Source: Callorhinchus milii
Lineage: Eukaryota
Reading direction: 5' to 3'
NCBI RefSeq assembly: GCF_018977255.1
Contig: NW_024704742.1
Coordinates: forward strand, 49,850,001 to 49,914,000
Length of the DNA: 64,000 bases
Position numbers and translations under genes: made by a program. Of this stretch, positions 11,136 to 25,297 are shown in pieces. Under the pieces are notes generated by a model, which was not told the origin of the DNA, ran no database searches, and saw nothing but the letters and a program-made list of their open reading frames with translations. Position 1 is the first letter of the stretch. Every line of letters begins with the position of its first letter.

Positions 11136-13844
11136 TACAAACCCATTTTGCTTCATTGTTTTTTTGTCTGTCTTTTTATCAACAAGGTGAACAGAGCACT
11201 AGATGTACTTCAGAACAATTTGAATAAATCAAAAGAAGTTGTTCTAGTTATGTATGTAGATTATTGACAAAAACACATTTAGAAATTGTATGCAATCTCT
11301 GGTGTTTACCTTCAAAAAGAATATAGAGGAACAACAACAAATTGCATTTATATATTTATGCATTTATATAACACCTCTCAAGTCGGGAGGACATCCCAAG
11401 ACATTGACAATCAACAAGGGTGATTCCTGGATTTCAAGGTTTAAATCATGAGAGTCACACAGCTGAACCTGTTCTTTTTTGGAGGAAAAGAAATCGAGAA
11501 GTAAAGGACTTTAAAATAATGAGACGTAGATGTAAGCACGTTATTTGGCGTAAATCATGAGAGCAGAACAAAGGAACATAAAAAAGCAATTAACAAGCAT
11601 CAAGCAAGAGCACAGATTAAAAGTTTCTTCCCCCTTCCCTTTTAGAGTAGTTTATATTTAGAATAGATTTCCAGTAGAAGCAATTAATGAGCTGGATAAA
11701 TATTTAATAAAGATCAGAAATGAAGGTTACAAGGCTAAAGATAGCTTGAGACCATCAACTACTCAATGGAACTCAATGATGTGAGGTGCTGGGATTTTAG
11801 AAATAATAATAGCAGAAATGCCATTCAACAGAAAACGACTTAAACCAGATCTTAAGCATTTGGTGTTGACGAAGCCTGGTATGTTGACATTGAACTTGGA
11901 TGGCATATCACTAGCTGTTCTTACACAATACTAAAGACAGATGGGCATTGTACAGAAAATGAGGAAACATTGAGGCTTGTTTTGAGGCTTTGAGGGTATT
12001 ACTTTCACTTCTGAGTCAGAAGGTTGTGGGTTCAAGCTCCATATCAGGAATTGGAACTCATATAGCCTAAGCAAGTCCTGTCCAGATGCTTTTCAGATGT
12101 GGCCACTTCTACATTGATGAATCAACTTGTATTTTACATAAGAAATAGAATATAGACTGCAAAATCCCTCACTTTGCGTGACCCAATGTGTATGTTTCCT
12201 GTACATGTTATAGTGTGGCTTTATTATCATATATTGTGAATATGTCACATCAGCATCAAAACTCTGCTTAGTCCATGACTTTTTATGTTTGAGTTTCAGT
12301 TTATATTATGTGCTGTTCTGTATGTAGATAGATACTACAGTATTATCATTTCACTTGATTGATGGAAATTTTTTTTGGTGTTGACAATTTATTGTTTGTA
12401 GGATAATGCTATGGCAAATTGGCTGCCGCTTTTGCCCACAAAATATGTAGTCACTGCACTTTACAGCATATCACGTAAAGCTTTGGGACTCCATTCCAAA
12501 GGCACTGCTCAGAACACAAAAAATGCAATTATAAAATACTTAATTCTTGTTCTGCCCCATTAAATGAATCCTGCATGAAAAATTGATTCCTGTCTGTTAA
12601 TAGCTTTTGTGCCTGCTGCGAGTAACACTGATTTTCATAAAAAAAAACGACTCCCCTGTTGTGATTGTGCTGCAGATAATGACATAGTACCTTACTAAAT
12701 CCAATTAACAACTACAGTAATACTACGATTCTGCCATATCGATTTATAGTGAAATTGATAATGTGTATTTCTGCTGGCATTCAGTTAATCGCTTAAAAAC
12801 TTGAAATCTGAATTCCAAGTAGCCAATGCCAAACACAATTGGCACAATCTCAACTTGCACGGTGAAAGAAACATCTAAAGTTACACATTTATTATGTCTG
12901 AGCATATAATAATTGTGTTTGATGTGGAACATTATCACACTGAAATGTCTCAGACACTTCACACACACAGTGGGGTTGAAGATGTGGCATATCCAGACAG
13001 GAAGTCGATATGCTAAGTGAGACTTCGTCAGAGTTTGTGATAGAAATTACACCATGAACTGCTAAATTTGCTAAAAAAAAGTCATGAAAAAAATATGATC
13101 CTGTTTGCCATTGTCATTTTCCTTCCAAGCTTTTCGGGCCTTTTCTTGGAGTTTGTTTTTTTTTCTTTGGCAATTGTCCTGTATCTGGTCACAGCATTTA
13201 AATGCCATTATTGTATTTCTTTTCTCCCCTTGCAAGTAGTAGTTGTTTTGCAAGTAGTAGCCTTGGGACGTCCTCCCGACTTGAAGGCACAATACAAATG
13301 TAATCTTGTTGTCGTTGTTTTCATTGTAGTGAGATGTGTCACAGATGTGCAAAACAGCCAATGGTAAATATCAGCACCCTGCATTTATTAAACTCACTGA
13401 GAACAATAATTACAGCTTGCAAATATGTGTGTTTAGCAATTTTAAATGCAGTCTTTGTCTAACAATTACTTAAACAACACAACAAAGATTAATTCAACTT
13501 TTATGAAAAAAAATTCACATTCTATGTTTGTGCTTCATTTATAGATGACTTCAGACATTACTGTGGAAGACATCACTGATTTTGAACTCTTTCCCATCCA
13601 CATCTCTACACCTAAAAGGGAGAAAATCATTTTCTGTATTATATTCATGCAAAATATAATACATAATGATGCAATAATATTATCTGGCATGTAAATTATG
13701 CTACTGGGTTTTAGCTTTAGGAAGGTAAGATTTGAAAGCAGATGTGCCTTTAGCTGTCAGTCAGGTAGATGATAAAGTCTGTGTGAAAAAACCTACACAG
13801 GATAATGCAGAGAAAGCATAAGCAACATAAAAGCAACAATAATC

Positions 13845-14052
13845 GCTTTTCTGGGGGTAATAATTCCTTAAAAAAAAGTAATAATAATAATTTGGTCACT
13901 CAATCCATGACTTTGTGTGGAACACGGCTGTGCGCAATTGGCTGTCGTGTTTCACATACAAAATATACAGTCAATTCGCTTTACTGTATATTCTGTGATG
14001 TGCTTTGAGACATTACAAGGCGCGATGTCAAATGCAAGGATTATTTGTTATT
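13845..14052 (+). mobile_element. 5'-truncated tRNA-SINE
   Basis: cgcttttctgggggtaataattcc...caaatgcaaggatt. Confidence 0.85.
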
Positions 14053-15539
14053 AACAATAAATCTTCTGTATTAATAAAGTGAATGTACCTGTAATGCAAA
14101 TACATACCTCTATTCGCGGTAGGTATGTGCGGATACAGATTAGCATGAGAATTAAATTGGACTGAGAGGAAACTATAATGAGTAAGCATATTTCTCTGAG
14201 GGTTAAGGATAGCAGACATATTATTTATATAATGGTTATGAACTTCAGAGACTGCCTTTTGCAAAAGAAGAGTGAAATATTTAACCTACACGATGGTCTC
14301 TGAGAGCTATTGAGACTAGAGGATAGGAGAATACCAACAGAGCATTGTCAGAAGGAAATTGATTTGGGTAATTTTTTATATTTCATTGAAAATATCAAAG
14401 TACTGTTGAAACCATCATAAAAATAGCTAACATTTTCAATGGGATGCACCTTAAGAGGTTTTAACGATATGTCATAACATCTTATTTTAACTTTAACATC
14501 AATGGTAGTTTTGAACATCCTACCTTTAGAATGTCACCAATAGATCCTCTGATGGTATAAATAGTCTATAAAAGAATCACCTAATGAGAACCAGGCTATC
14601 GAGAGTTGGAGTTGGAGTTAGTTTGTTAGTTGTTAATTTGGATCCCCTGCCTATTAAGGGTGTACAGACAGGATTTTTCAAAGAGAAATCAATTGGGATT
14701 TTTCAAAGAGATACTTGTAAGTAAGCCTATGGAGAAAAGGCAAGGAAATTGGATTAAAAGATCTGTTTTGATCCAATAAACTGACAATACAGGTTCCTAT
14801 GTTCATATGGCCTTATTAAATTCTAAATCTATGCTGGCTACTTCTACGTCCATTCTCTACAGATGAGGGTACTGCAGATGTTTGGCATCTGCTCTGTAAG
14901 ATCCAGATCCATTGCCAGGATAACATTTATTGGTAAAGCTAGAGTGTTTATTGAGCTGCTAAATATATTATTAAGATCCTCACAAAATTTCTTGAGGATA
15001 CCAGCGTGTATTCATCTGGGCTGCTACCTTCTCCCTAACAATAATGCCACTCCTCCTTTCATATTTTTACAGCTTCAATCTTGCAAAATTGTTGTGAAAT
15101 ATATTTTCCCCTATTTTCAGTGAGTACACAGTTGGTGCATCAATAAACACTTCCAAAAAGTTTCAGGTAGTATTTAATTGGAAAGAGCATTGAAGGATAT
15201 AGCAAGTGAACGGTGTAAAATTCCCTTGTGACTCATTGGTTTCTGTGCTGTTCGCATTTGATGTGTGTATGTATGTGTGTAAGGGGGGTTGGGATATTTT
15301 GTGTATAGAAGGCACCAGGGCAGGATTTAATAAACAATAATCCTTGCATTTCATTTAGCACCTGATGACATCTCTAAGCGCTTCACAGGATTTTACTATA
15401 ATGGGCAGTGACTGTGTATTTTGTAGTACAATGCAGGACCCAATTTGTGCATAGCAATGTCCTACAAACAGCTATGAATTCAATGATCAATTATATCTGG
15501 GTGATTGTTGGTCACAATACTGGGAGAAACTTCTTAAAT

Positions 15540-15860
15540 AAAATAACACTGAGGACTAGGTAATTGTTCTATGAATAAAAACTTCATTGAGCAATATAAG
15601 GTGCTCCATGATGAAATAGGAAGTCCCATTAATACTTTTCATTGCCAAGGGTGGTATGTGTAATACTCACTGGAATATTTCCCCTCTAGAGTTTGTTGAC
15701 AGGTTGCTTTTAAGATAAGTAATGCAGTTTGTGTGGAATTTTCCGCTGGAGATTGAGGGTTGGATCACAGTTCACATTAGGGTCAGTATAGCATGTTATG
15801 CGCAAGAAACAGACTTGATGAGCTGAATGGACTTTCTCATTCCAAGATTTCTTATCATCT
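15540..15860 (+). mobile_element. old CR1 LINE 3' fragment
   Basis: gaggactaggg...aagggtggta...tggaat and a 3'UTR-like gagctgaatggactttctcattcc. Confidence 0.55.
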
Positions 15861-16293
15861 TAGTTTAAATTGCAGCTCTGAATGCTCCATCAGAAACAGA
15901 GCGTTGGCCCTTTTAAACTGTAATGCATTTACAGAGGGACCTCCTGATGTGAAAATAGCAATGCTACGGAAACATATTTTCATGCATCACCCCACCACCC
16001 ATCATCTTACTCTGCAGTTAACAGCAATGTAACACTTTGGAAAAATATGAAAAATTGCTGTAGGGTATATACTTCTGAAGATGGGACAGTTATTGTAATT
16101 CAAATTGGCCAATTTCAACAGAAAATAGATGTGAGAGTGTTGCTATGATTATTCCTGCCTTTTACTTTGCATTAACTGATAGCACTGAAACAGTACTTTT
16201 TTCAATACTCAATGGTAACAGAAAAAAGCAATTCCCAGAAACTAATTTTATGATTGCAATAAAGCTATTATCTAATGACAAATAATTCAATTG

Positions 16294-16348
16294 CGTGTGT
16301 GTGTGTGTGGTGGGTGGGGTTGGGGGGTGGGGGGAGGGGGGTTGGGGA
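16294..16348 (+). repeat. (GT)n followed by G-run tract
   Basis: gcgtgtgtgtgtgtgtggtgggtggggttggggggtggggggagggggttgggg. Confidence 0.9.
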
Positions 16349-19300
16349 TGCGGACTGGTGGCTGCCTATTTGCATCCTTAGTCTGATTAGTATATAGGAG
16401 AGAAAGTTCACGATTTCACGCACAACTTAAAAATCTGTTTGTGTGAAATCAGAAATTCAAATTGTATGTAAATAGCAAAATGTACATTTGTAGCCTCACT
16501 GGAGTTGACAATTTAGAAGTGAATATGTTTCATATATAATGTTCTATAATCTATTTAATCTAACCTGAATTAAAGTACATACAATCATGTGTTTTATAAC
16601 AGTCTGTAACTATGTAAAGGTGAGCTGCTTGGTAAAGTTAAAGCACTCCACAGTATTCAAAATGGCCTGGGAATCTCCAAATTGTGCAGCAAGATTGCTT
16701 TGTGATGTTTAGTTATAAGTAATGTGAATGTTAATCAACCACAATCATTTGTATCAGATTACGCAATGAAGAGGCATGCCTGATTGAGAAATACAAAGAC
16801 AACGGAGGAAGTCTCAGTACATTCCACCAGTTGTGCCATTTTCCAGGTTTTTTCACAAGGGGGTAACTCAAACACAAGCAACACTACAGACAACTGCTTG
16901 GAATACCATCTTCCCATCTTTCTTCTTATAAGGATTCCATTTTACTATATTTTGAACTCATTAATCTCCCATTCATTTTAGTTGAGACAAAATTATTGTC
17001 CATTATCAGCGTTTGCGAAATGGCAATTTTATCTGGGATCCAAATTGAAACATTAAAGGTACCAGGATTCAGTCTTTTCAAAATACATTTATATCCCCAC
17101 TGTATACATGCACTGATTTGGATGCAAAGGAACGCAAGGGATAATGTGCTTAACAGAAAGGTGTATTGCACCTCCTGGCCTTGAAGACAGAAGCACAGAG
17201 AGTCTTTTCAGATTTTGTTAGAATTGATGCAGGCGGGTTGTGTAGTAAATATACCACTGTGGAGAACCAGCATTACCAAAGCATGACAAATGCACCTAGT
17301 GTATTGCTCATCCTTATCAAACAAAAGACTTTTCATCCTTACTCCAAACTGCTTTTATTCAGCTATGCTGCATCTCATTCTCTACCGAGGGCCATTGACA
17401 ATTTGAACAGTTGAATAATCTTAAAAGCATATTCTTCACCCCAGCAGTTCAATCACCCATGCACACATTTGCCCAAACGCAGACCATTGAAACAGTTCCA
17501 AAGTATTCCACTAAACTCACTAGCAATTTGTCCAGTCTATGACAGATTTACTTTTTATTTCTCAGTGCCAATTAGCTTGACAATGTGATGGCAGTTCTGT
17601 GGTGTGTATTAATGTCCCCATGGGAGCTGGTTTGAGGCAACTTTAATCCATTGGAAAGACCTAAACTTGTGTTACTTTTCTTCGTCTCATTCTGGTATTC
17701 AACATTAATTCCTAGTTCAACTGGTGTCACATATCCTATCAACACAAATTTGCTTTTTTTAAGTCAGTTTCACAACAACAAATTTGAATTGCTCTATAAA
17801 TCATTTAGCTGGAATGTTTAACCAGCAAATGGGGACAAGCATTATTATGGGTGGTAATGTTCAGCCACACTGGAGTGTAAAATGTAATATTTACAAAATG
17901 GACTTATTGCTTTGTGATGTGCAGTTTGTGAAAGTTGGATTGTGAGGTTGGGGCAAAATTCTCAAATCATGAATTGTAAATCCACTCTGATAAAGTTCAA
18001 ATAAACAGGAAGGGAGCAAAATGGCCTCGCACAGCAGATGTCACAATGATCACAATTGTTCTAGTTTGCAAATATCGCAAATTAGATGTGCAGCCAAAGC
18101 TGGAGTGTTGAGAAGTTGCATCAATGGACAAATGCTTAGACCTATTGTCAATATTCTCAGTATTCCTACTCTTCAATCAGTCAATCTTTCAATTGAGAAA
18201 AACCAAAGAACATGCAAAAAAAAGTTGAATCCCCTTTGTTCTGCTCTTGTTCTTCTCTGTGCAGTGTTATCACTATGCAAAGGGTAAACTTAAACTGCAT
18301 ACATGAGGGAGAAGAAAGGGATGGGTAGGGGAGAGGGGATTATAAATGGTTCCCACTGGCACAGAGTAGTTGGGCCTATTGTCTTGTTTCAGTGCTGTAC
18401 AGTCTGTGCAATTCTATGTAAACTGATATCTGCTGTATTTTTGATGAATCGAATGTCTCTCTGGAACAAGTCTCTCGAAAGATCTCTGCAAAATTATTTC
18501 ATGGAGTTAAGCATAATTATTATCATACAGAGCACTGCACACACCTTAGCAGTCACCAGCACCAAATCTGCAGCTGCATACAGGGAGACGAGTGCCACAG
18601 TGTCTCATTGCCCAGTCCTATTGCTCAGTTGCTCTGGTGAGCTCTGTAACAGTTATTGTTATACATTGAGATATATAATATGTATTACATTGTTGACTGT
18701 TTATTGCTCTATGATATTACGTAATAATGTTATGTACTGTTATTTTCAAATGTATACATTTAAAGTGACCGACTCGTTATTTGACGATCCATTTGTTTTT
18801 TTGCTACCCACTGCATTACTGTGTTTGGTTTGATTCTGTGTAACTTGTACTTTTCTTTGAGTAAATTTAAAGAATGGCATGCTGCAATATATATTGAAAT
18901 GAAAAATCAATGTGTTCTATTAACTTCGGACGTGAGAATGATGTACATTGTTAATGTGCTGTGTTCCAACATTTATCTTGTCTTTGTCAGGCCCTTTTTC
19001 TTCCCTTTTGTGCTTTTATTCAACCAGTTGCTCTCCAAAGGAAGGAGTAAGGGCTGGTGAATGGCTGCATTGTCCTCTGTGGATTTACAGCGATCCAAAA
19101 AGCGTGTCACCTATGGCAGTGATATTTCCTGATGGATCCATTAGTGTCAGGGGTAGCTGTGGCTTAATGCTCTCATGTACTTGAACAGGGCTACTTGATA
19201 GCAGAAACTTGTCAAACTTTTTCATGACTTAAGCCATTCATGCCAGTTGCCCATCTAAAAGATGGATTGCCATGTTAATAGTAAAACACAAGAACTGATG

Positions 19301-19764
19301 CAGTTGCAGAATTCTAAGCTGCATGTCCACATGACAACACTGCAGATATCATTCATCCACAGATCTGTAATTCCATATAGCGACATCAACTGGAGCTGTC
19401 TCTTTGTGATGTTTATGTGCTGAATTTACTGAATCAGGTCTTCTAAAGCAAGTATTACGCCATAAAATAAAACATCAACTTTGCATGGTCCTCATTTATA
19501 CATTTATCCATAATTTACTCATCGCTTTCTACACCTCAACTGGTTACCCTCTTCTGCACAGTATCCTTGTTCTTTTTTTAATGTTGAATAACCAGTCTTC
19601 TGTGAAAGACCAATTGGCATTGCCATTGTTTGATTATTGGAGCATTTATTTTGTTTATAACCACTCGAGCACAATATTTACATTCTGTTCTATGTTTTGC
19701 TTTGTCGTTGGTTGATATTTTTTGCATTAATCGCTGAGACTTCTTATCTTAAGCCTGTATAGCT

Positions 19765-20230
19765 GGATACCCTATTGCACCCACCCTCACCCGGCTCCAC
19801 TAGCTTTCCATCCTTCAGAAGATAGAATTCAAAATCCTCATCCTCACCTTCAAGGCCCTCCACGGCCTTGCCCCCTCGCCGACATCTCTGACCTGCTAAC
19901 CCCCTATCAACCTGTCCGCTCCCTCCGCTTAGCAGGTTCAGCCTGCTCCATGTCTCCCGCCTGATCCACCCTACCATTGGGACCCGGGCATTCAGCCTCT
20001 CTGCCCCCATCCTTTGGAACTCCATCCCACAATCCCTTTGCCATGCTCCTTTCCCTTGCCTCCTTCAAGGTATGACTCAAGACCTTCCTTTTCGACCATG
20101 CCTTCAGCCACCCTTCAACTTCTCTGCCTTCCCTCACCCCAACACTTGGGTCCTGATCCCCGACTGTTCAGCGCTTTGGGACGTCCTCCCGACGTGAAAG
20201 GCGCTTTACAAATGTAATTTTGTTGTTGTG
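19765..20230 (+). mobile_element. 5'-truncated L2 LINE 3' end
   Basis: L2 ORF2 end (RIEFKIL..TFKALHGLAP) and tail agcgctttgggacgtcctcccgacgtgaaaggcgctttacaaatgtaattttgttgttg. Confidence 0.92.
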
Positions 20231-20429
20231 TTTTTTGTGTTGTATGGTCTGCTTTCTGTGGCAGTTCTGCCAATTTAGGGTCAGTTAACTGATTGCTATG
20301 TTATTTGATGTCTTGCATGCTTAAATAGTTGGAGCACACAATTTGAAGAGGCGGTACAACCTTAAACTTTTAATTCAAAGTGTATCTATAGGTTACTTTG
20401 GTTTGACAGTATAATAACCGTTACAGTAA

Positions 20430-20765
20430 CCTTTACATTTGAAACAGCACCTAATCATGTCATCGAGACAGGATTTTACTATAAAGTGTAGTGACTGTGT
20501 ATTTGTAGGCAAACACGGCAGTTAATTTGCCCAGATGACCCACAAACAGCCGTGAAGTGAATGATCAATTTTGCCTGGAGGTTTATTGGCCATGACACCC
20601 TCCTCTTTTTAAAGAGGGCCAAAGGTCTTCAGCATCCACCCGGTAAAGCAGATGGGACCTGCTTAGACCTCGGTTTAACATCTCTTCCATAGCATGGCAC
20701 CTCTGATGATGCAGCACTCCCCCAGCATTGCATTAGAATGCTTGCCTAGACTCAGTGAGCTCAGA
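20430..20765 (-). mobile_element. Deu-domain SINE
   Basis: cctcggtttaacatctc...ggcacctctgatgatgcagcactccc is the reverse complement of the core in 20915-21340. Confidence 0.8.
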
Positions 20766-20912
20766 TTCTCAACATACTTCGGAGTGAGATTGTTTGTATT
20801 GATAAAAGGATTACAATTGAGAATACATTGGTCACATTTCCTATCATGTCAGCACAAGAACACATTGTAAAATGGGTCATTTTTTTCCCATTAAATAATT
20901 AGGGTGTCAGAC

Positions 20913-21340
20913 TGGTAGCACTCTTGCCTCTGAGTCAAAAGATTGTGGGTTCAAGCCCCACCTTGGGACATTGAACTCAAAATCTAGGCTAACACTTCAA
21001 TGCAGGGCTGGGGGGGTGGGTGCTGCATTGTTGGAGGTGCCATCCTTCAGATGACATGTTGAACCAAGGTCAAACCTGCATGTTCAGGTGGATATTGAAG
21101 ATCCAATAACACTATTCGTAAAGAGAAGAATTTCTCCCGGTGTCCTGACCGACAATCCTTCAAATCCAAATTGGTCACTCACTTCATAGCAGTTTGTGGA
21201 ATATTGCTGTGTGTTAATTGAATGCTGCGTTTGCTACAAAATCCACAGTCCTTGTACGTCATAATAAAAATCCTGTGATATTCTAAAATACATCTCAATT
21301 ATGTGATAAGGCCTATATCAAATGCAAGGATTATTATCAT
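20913..21340 (+). mobile_element. near full-length Deu-domain SINE (SacSINE1/AmnSINE1-like)
   Basis: ggtagcactcttgcctctgagtcaaaagattgtgggttcaagcccc head; tgctgcattgttggaggtgcc...ttcaggtggatattgaagatcc core; L2-type tail. Confidence 0.85.
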
Positions 21341-23654
21341 AGATAAAATTGGTCATTCTTTTCTTGGCTGTTTACACAGCTGCATTTCCTACAGATACAC
21401 AGTCACTAAATTTTCTAATAAAATCCTGTGATGTGTTTTGAGACGTCTTGATGACATGATAAGACGCTATATCAAATGCTAGCATTAAGATTAAAATAAA
21501 TGCAAATTTATACCCTCTAACCCTTTGAGGGCAGCTCAATCCTTCTCCATTTATTCTCAACCATACGGCCTTCATCTCTAATATGCCATGGCATGACCTT
21601 ATTCAAATCTACTACTCTTAAGCAAGTTTTGACAGGAGGAGCAGTGGAAATGGACTTGTTCAATCGGTTTTATTTTGTCTGCTGTGAAATACTGATGTTC
21701 GACTTGGAAACAAATTCCTAAATTGGGGATTCCTATGGACTGTACCATTTGTGCCATGGCCGCAGGAAGGGGGTTTGGTGGCCTCTCCCAGTGTGTGACA
21801 ACACACAAACAAAATTTTTTTATAACTGGGAACTTAATCTGTTTTCTGTCTGTTTCTGTGTCATTTGAGAACAATGGTATTTGAGTGAAATAGACAAAAA
21901 TGCACAATAGTCTGTAGAATTATATCTCAACAGATCCATGAGGTAGGCGTCTCTGATGGATGTAAACAGCAGGCAGCTCCAAACATAAAAACAGCAGCCT
22001 CCACTTTCAGTGTAATCCCCTTTAGCTTTGCAGCTTTTTCCAAATCCAACCAAAAAGTAGCGGGGGCATGGCTTGAATTCTAATGTTTCTTTTGTCAGTG
22101 ATTAAAATTAATTGAAAGGATTAATAATTAATGCCTCCCACTTCATCAGACAGAGATGTAAGATACAAAATGTGGACTTCCATTTTCAAACCTTTAGTAT
22201 CTGAGCTTACATTTACAACATTTCCAGACAACCCCCCCAAGTACTGAATTGCCCAGTTCACACCAGGAATATTGGCAAACTTGTGTCTTTAGCCACATGC
22301 AACCCCAATGTCTGCTGTGACATACACAAAAAGTGAAGGGAAATCAGCTTAGAGCTCTGATAGAAAGGTATAACTACATTTCAACAGACTGGAGTAAGTT
22401 TATTTAATTTGCTTCCTAGTTGACATAGTATGTTAGTACATGAACCAATTCCCCATATGCCTAACTGTATCGGTTCCATTAAATAATATCCTTCGACTCT
22501 GGCTTAATGGTTAAATTTCTTATTTCAAATGTGTCTTCTGTAATATTTTATTTGATGAATCAACATCATATTGGTGAAGATGTTAGAGTAATATAATCCA
22601 TGAAAAGTAAGGGCTTATTTCAATGTACCTGTTCCAGTGATCCAACGATCACTGCTTGAAATGCCTTCAGACAACAGCTTGTTTTTTACCTTTGATTTTC
22701 TACATCGACCCATAAACAGTGGTGGCAGCGAGATGTCTAAGGGATTATCTGTACCATCCCTATTTACTGCAGCTATTCTGCTTAGTGTGGCAAAAAGCCA
22801 GCATAAAATTCTGCATTGTTACTTCCTTTCACTTGCTTTTCCCTTTAAATGGTGCACTAGACATATTTTACTGTACGCGATTTAAATTGTGTAGCCGAAG
22901 GACTAATAGGCATGCAGCACAGCACTGGCACAAAACGGCAAACATTGTTCAATATTTTAAGAACCTCCCAATATATGACTACAGTCTTTTCTTACAGTAG
23001 CTGACATCATGAGATAAAGGCTACTGTTTTGGTCCTGTTGGAAGCCTAGTGGGTATCTGTAGTATATAACTGAACCTGGCGAACCTGAAACTTCCAGAGT
23101 TAATACCTGTTCTGTGAAAAGTTGGCTGAACTCAGCCATGTCAGTACCGGTGCTATAATTGGCTTCAGTCTCTTTGAGCTGTGAAAGGGAAAATTACCCT
23201 GGGATTGCCCTCCTGATCACAACCGCCCTGCTGGAATTGTTCACATGTGGAAATTGGGTGACTGTGTAAAAGGGATCCACTGTGATGCCCCTCTTGATAG
23301 ACTATCTTGTTGAGACTCCCTGGTGACACTCCTGTAAGAAAAATGGTTACTCGACAAACTCCTGGTGGGAATTTGGCAGCTAATTTGTTTCTTATTATTT
23401 CTTAATGAAGTCATACCAACGTGGACAACATCTGGTCCTGGAATGACAATGCACGGATTTGTGGGATATCCAGTGGAATTAAATCTATTTTGTGAGCGGG
23501 ATTCCTGTGGCTCGATGGGAATTCTAATGGTATTTTCTGTCACTGAGATTCATTTAAGAAATACCACAAAAAAGATCCAGTTGATACAATATATTCAGCA
23601 ACCATGCAACAGCCACAGCAAGCAACAGAATGTGTTTCTTTGTGGTCAGTTGGA

Positions 23655-23880
23655 TGTTTGACACCTGGAGAAACCAATCACCATGCTCAAGAGTATCTAA
23701 ACCAGACTCTGAGTTACAAATATGCATGACACCCACACATGGAAATTAGCCTGTGTCTGGAATGCAATGTGCACTCTTTCCCTGGAGGGGCACACTCTAC
23801 TTAGTTAATTTTGGAGAGTCTTAGGCGCAGGTTGTCAAGAAGAAACGTTTGTGGACCTCAGAGAGTGTGTTGAATGAGAG
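23655..23880 (+). repeat. family X interspersed repeat copy
   Basis: gaaaccaatcaccatgctcaagagtatctaaaccagact...cctggaggggcacac. Confidence 0.75.
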
Positions 23881-24804
23881 CATTCCAGTTCAACAACCAT
23901 AGCAAATATATAGATGCTGCACATTCCCAGAATAAGTATTATGTTTCAGTTTATTATCTCAATGCAGAGAAGCGGCAACAATGAATAATGGAAATTATAC
24001 AGTTGATTTGTTGGCTGAGCAATACCGCTCCATATTTTATAACGAGCCAAGATCAAATTTGAAAATGAATCAACAAGTGACATCTTAAATCAATGGCAGT
24101 GGAGTTTGACTTTAACACTTTGCTTCCGATTTGAATCAACAATATCCACACTACAATTCTAGTTAACCTGCTTAAATTGGATAATTAGTCACAGTCTAGT
24201 GATTGAATGAATGCATCCATTTCATTTCCAACACAGAATTCACACAGCTACAAAGCATGTTCAGTCATGTCTTAGAGCATCTGCTGGATACCCTTCAACA
24301 ATGCATATGTAATTCTCCGCTTGTTTTCTTACATATTATCGTATAAGTGGTATATTTTGCGTCCCCAATATTTTTTGCTATAATAAAAATCCTTGCATTT
24401 TATATAACGACATTCACGTAAGGAAGACAACCAAACATTTCACATAACTTTTTAGTGAAGTGTAACGATTGTATATTTATAGGTGAAAACCTATATTTGT
24501 GCTCAGAATATTTGTCTGCAAAATTAATCGGGTGAGGAAATCCAGTATTGGAATCAAGAAATCAAAAACGAAATGGAATCAATAGAATGAATAAAAAAGT
24601 CAGTTTTCTGAAACGTTAACATCTAGTCTTCCAGAATTATTAAGATGGACTAATTTTATGAAGTGTTTGAGGTGTCACGGTCACCCCCTCTTTTACATAA
24701 CCTGTCTGTCTGATGTATGCGTTGGAAAGATTAATCTGTTGAAAGTATTTAATGTTTCTATTATTTAGTTTAAAGCATTGATTGCTTAAATGCGGTTATT
24801 CTCT

Positions 24805-25297
24805 GACCCGAATTCAAGATCCTCATCCACACCTACAAGGCCATTCACGGCCTTGCTCCCTCCTACCTCACCGACCTGCTATCCCCCTACCTACCTGCCC
24901 GTACCCTCCGTTCCTCTGGCTCCGGTCTGCTCCACATCCCCCGCCCCAACCACCCTACCATCGGTGGCCGGGCCTTCAGCCTCTCAGCCCCGAGGCTCTG
25001 TAACTCTATCCCCCAGTGCCTTCGCCGCCTCCTCCCTTTCCTCCTTCAAGGCCGGTCTCAAGACCTTTCTCTTTGACTGTGCCTTCAGCTCCCCACTCGA
25101 CTCTCTACCCCCTCCTCGCTCCCTCCCTTCCCTCCCCTCACCCTGACCATTTCCCCCCTTCTCGCTCCCTCCCTTCCCTCCCCTCACCCTGACCATTTCA
25201 CCCCTGCTCGGGTCCTGACCCAACTGTACAGCGCCTTGGGACGTCCTCCCGACGTGAAAGGCGCTCTATAAATGGAATCTTGTTGTTGTTGTTGTTG
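24805..25297 (+). mobile_element. 5'-truncated L2 3' end with a 46-bp tandem duplication in the 3' UTR
   Basis: L2 tail gggacgtcctcccgacgtgaaaggcgc...(ttg)n; ctcgctccctcccttccctcccctcaccctgaccattt starts at 25115 and again at 25161. Confidence 0.93.

Noticed and set aside
18303..18833. 176-aa ORF
   Set aside because: Starts in a CR1 3' UTR remnant; Cys/Leu/Ile-rich composition typical of AT-rich non-coding DNA.
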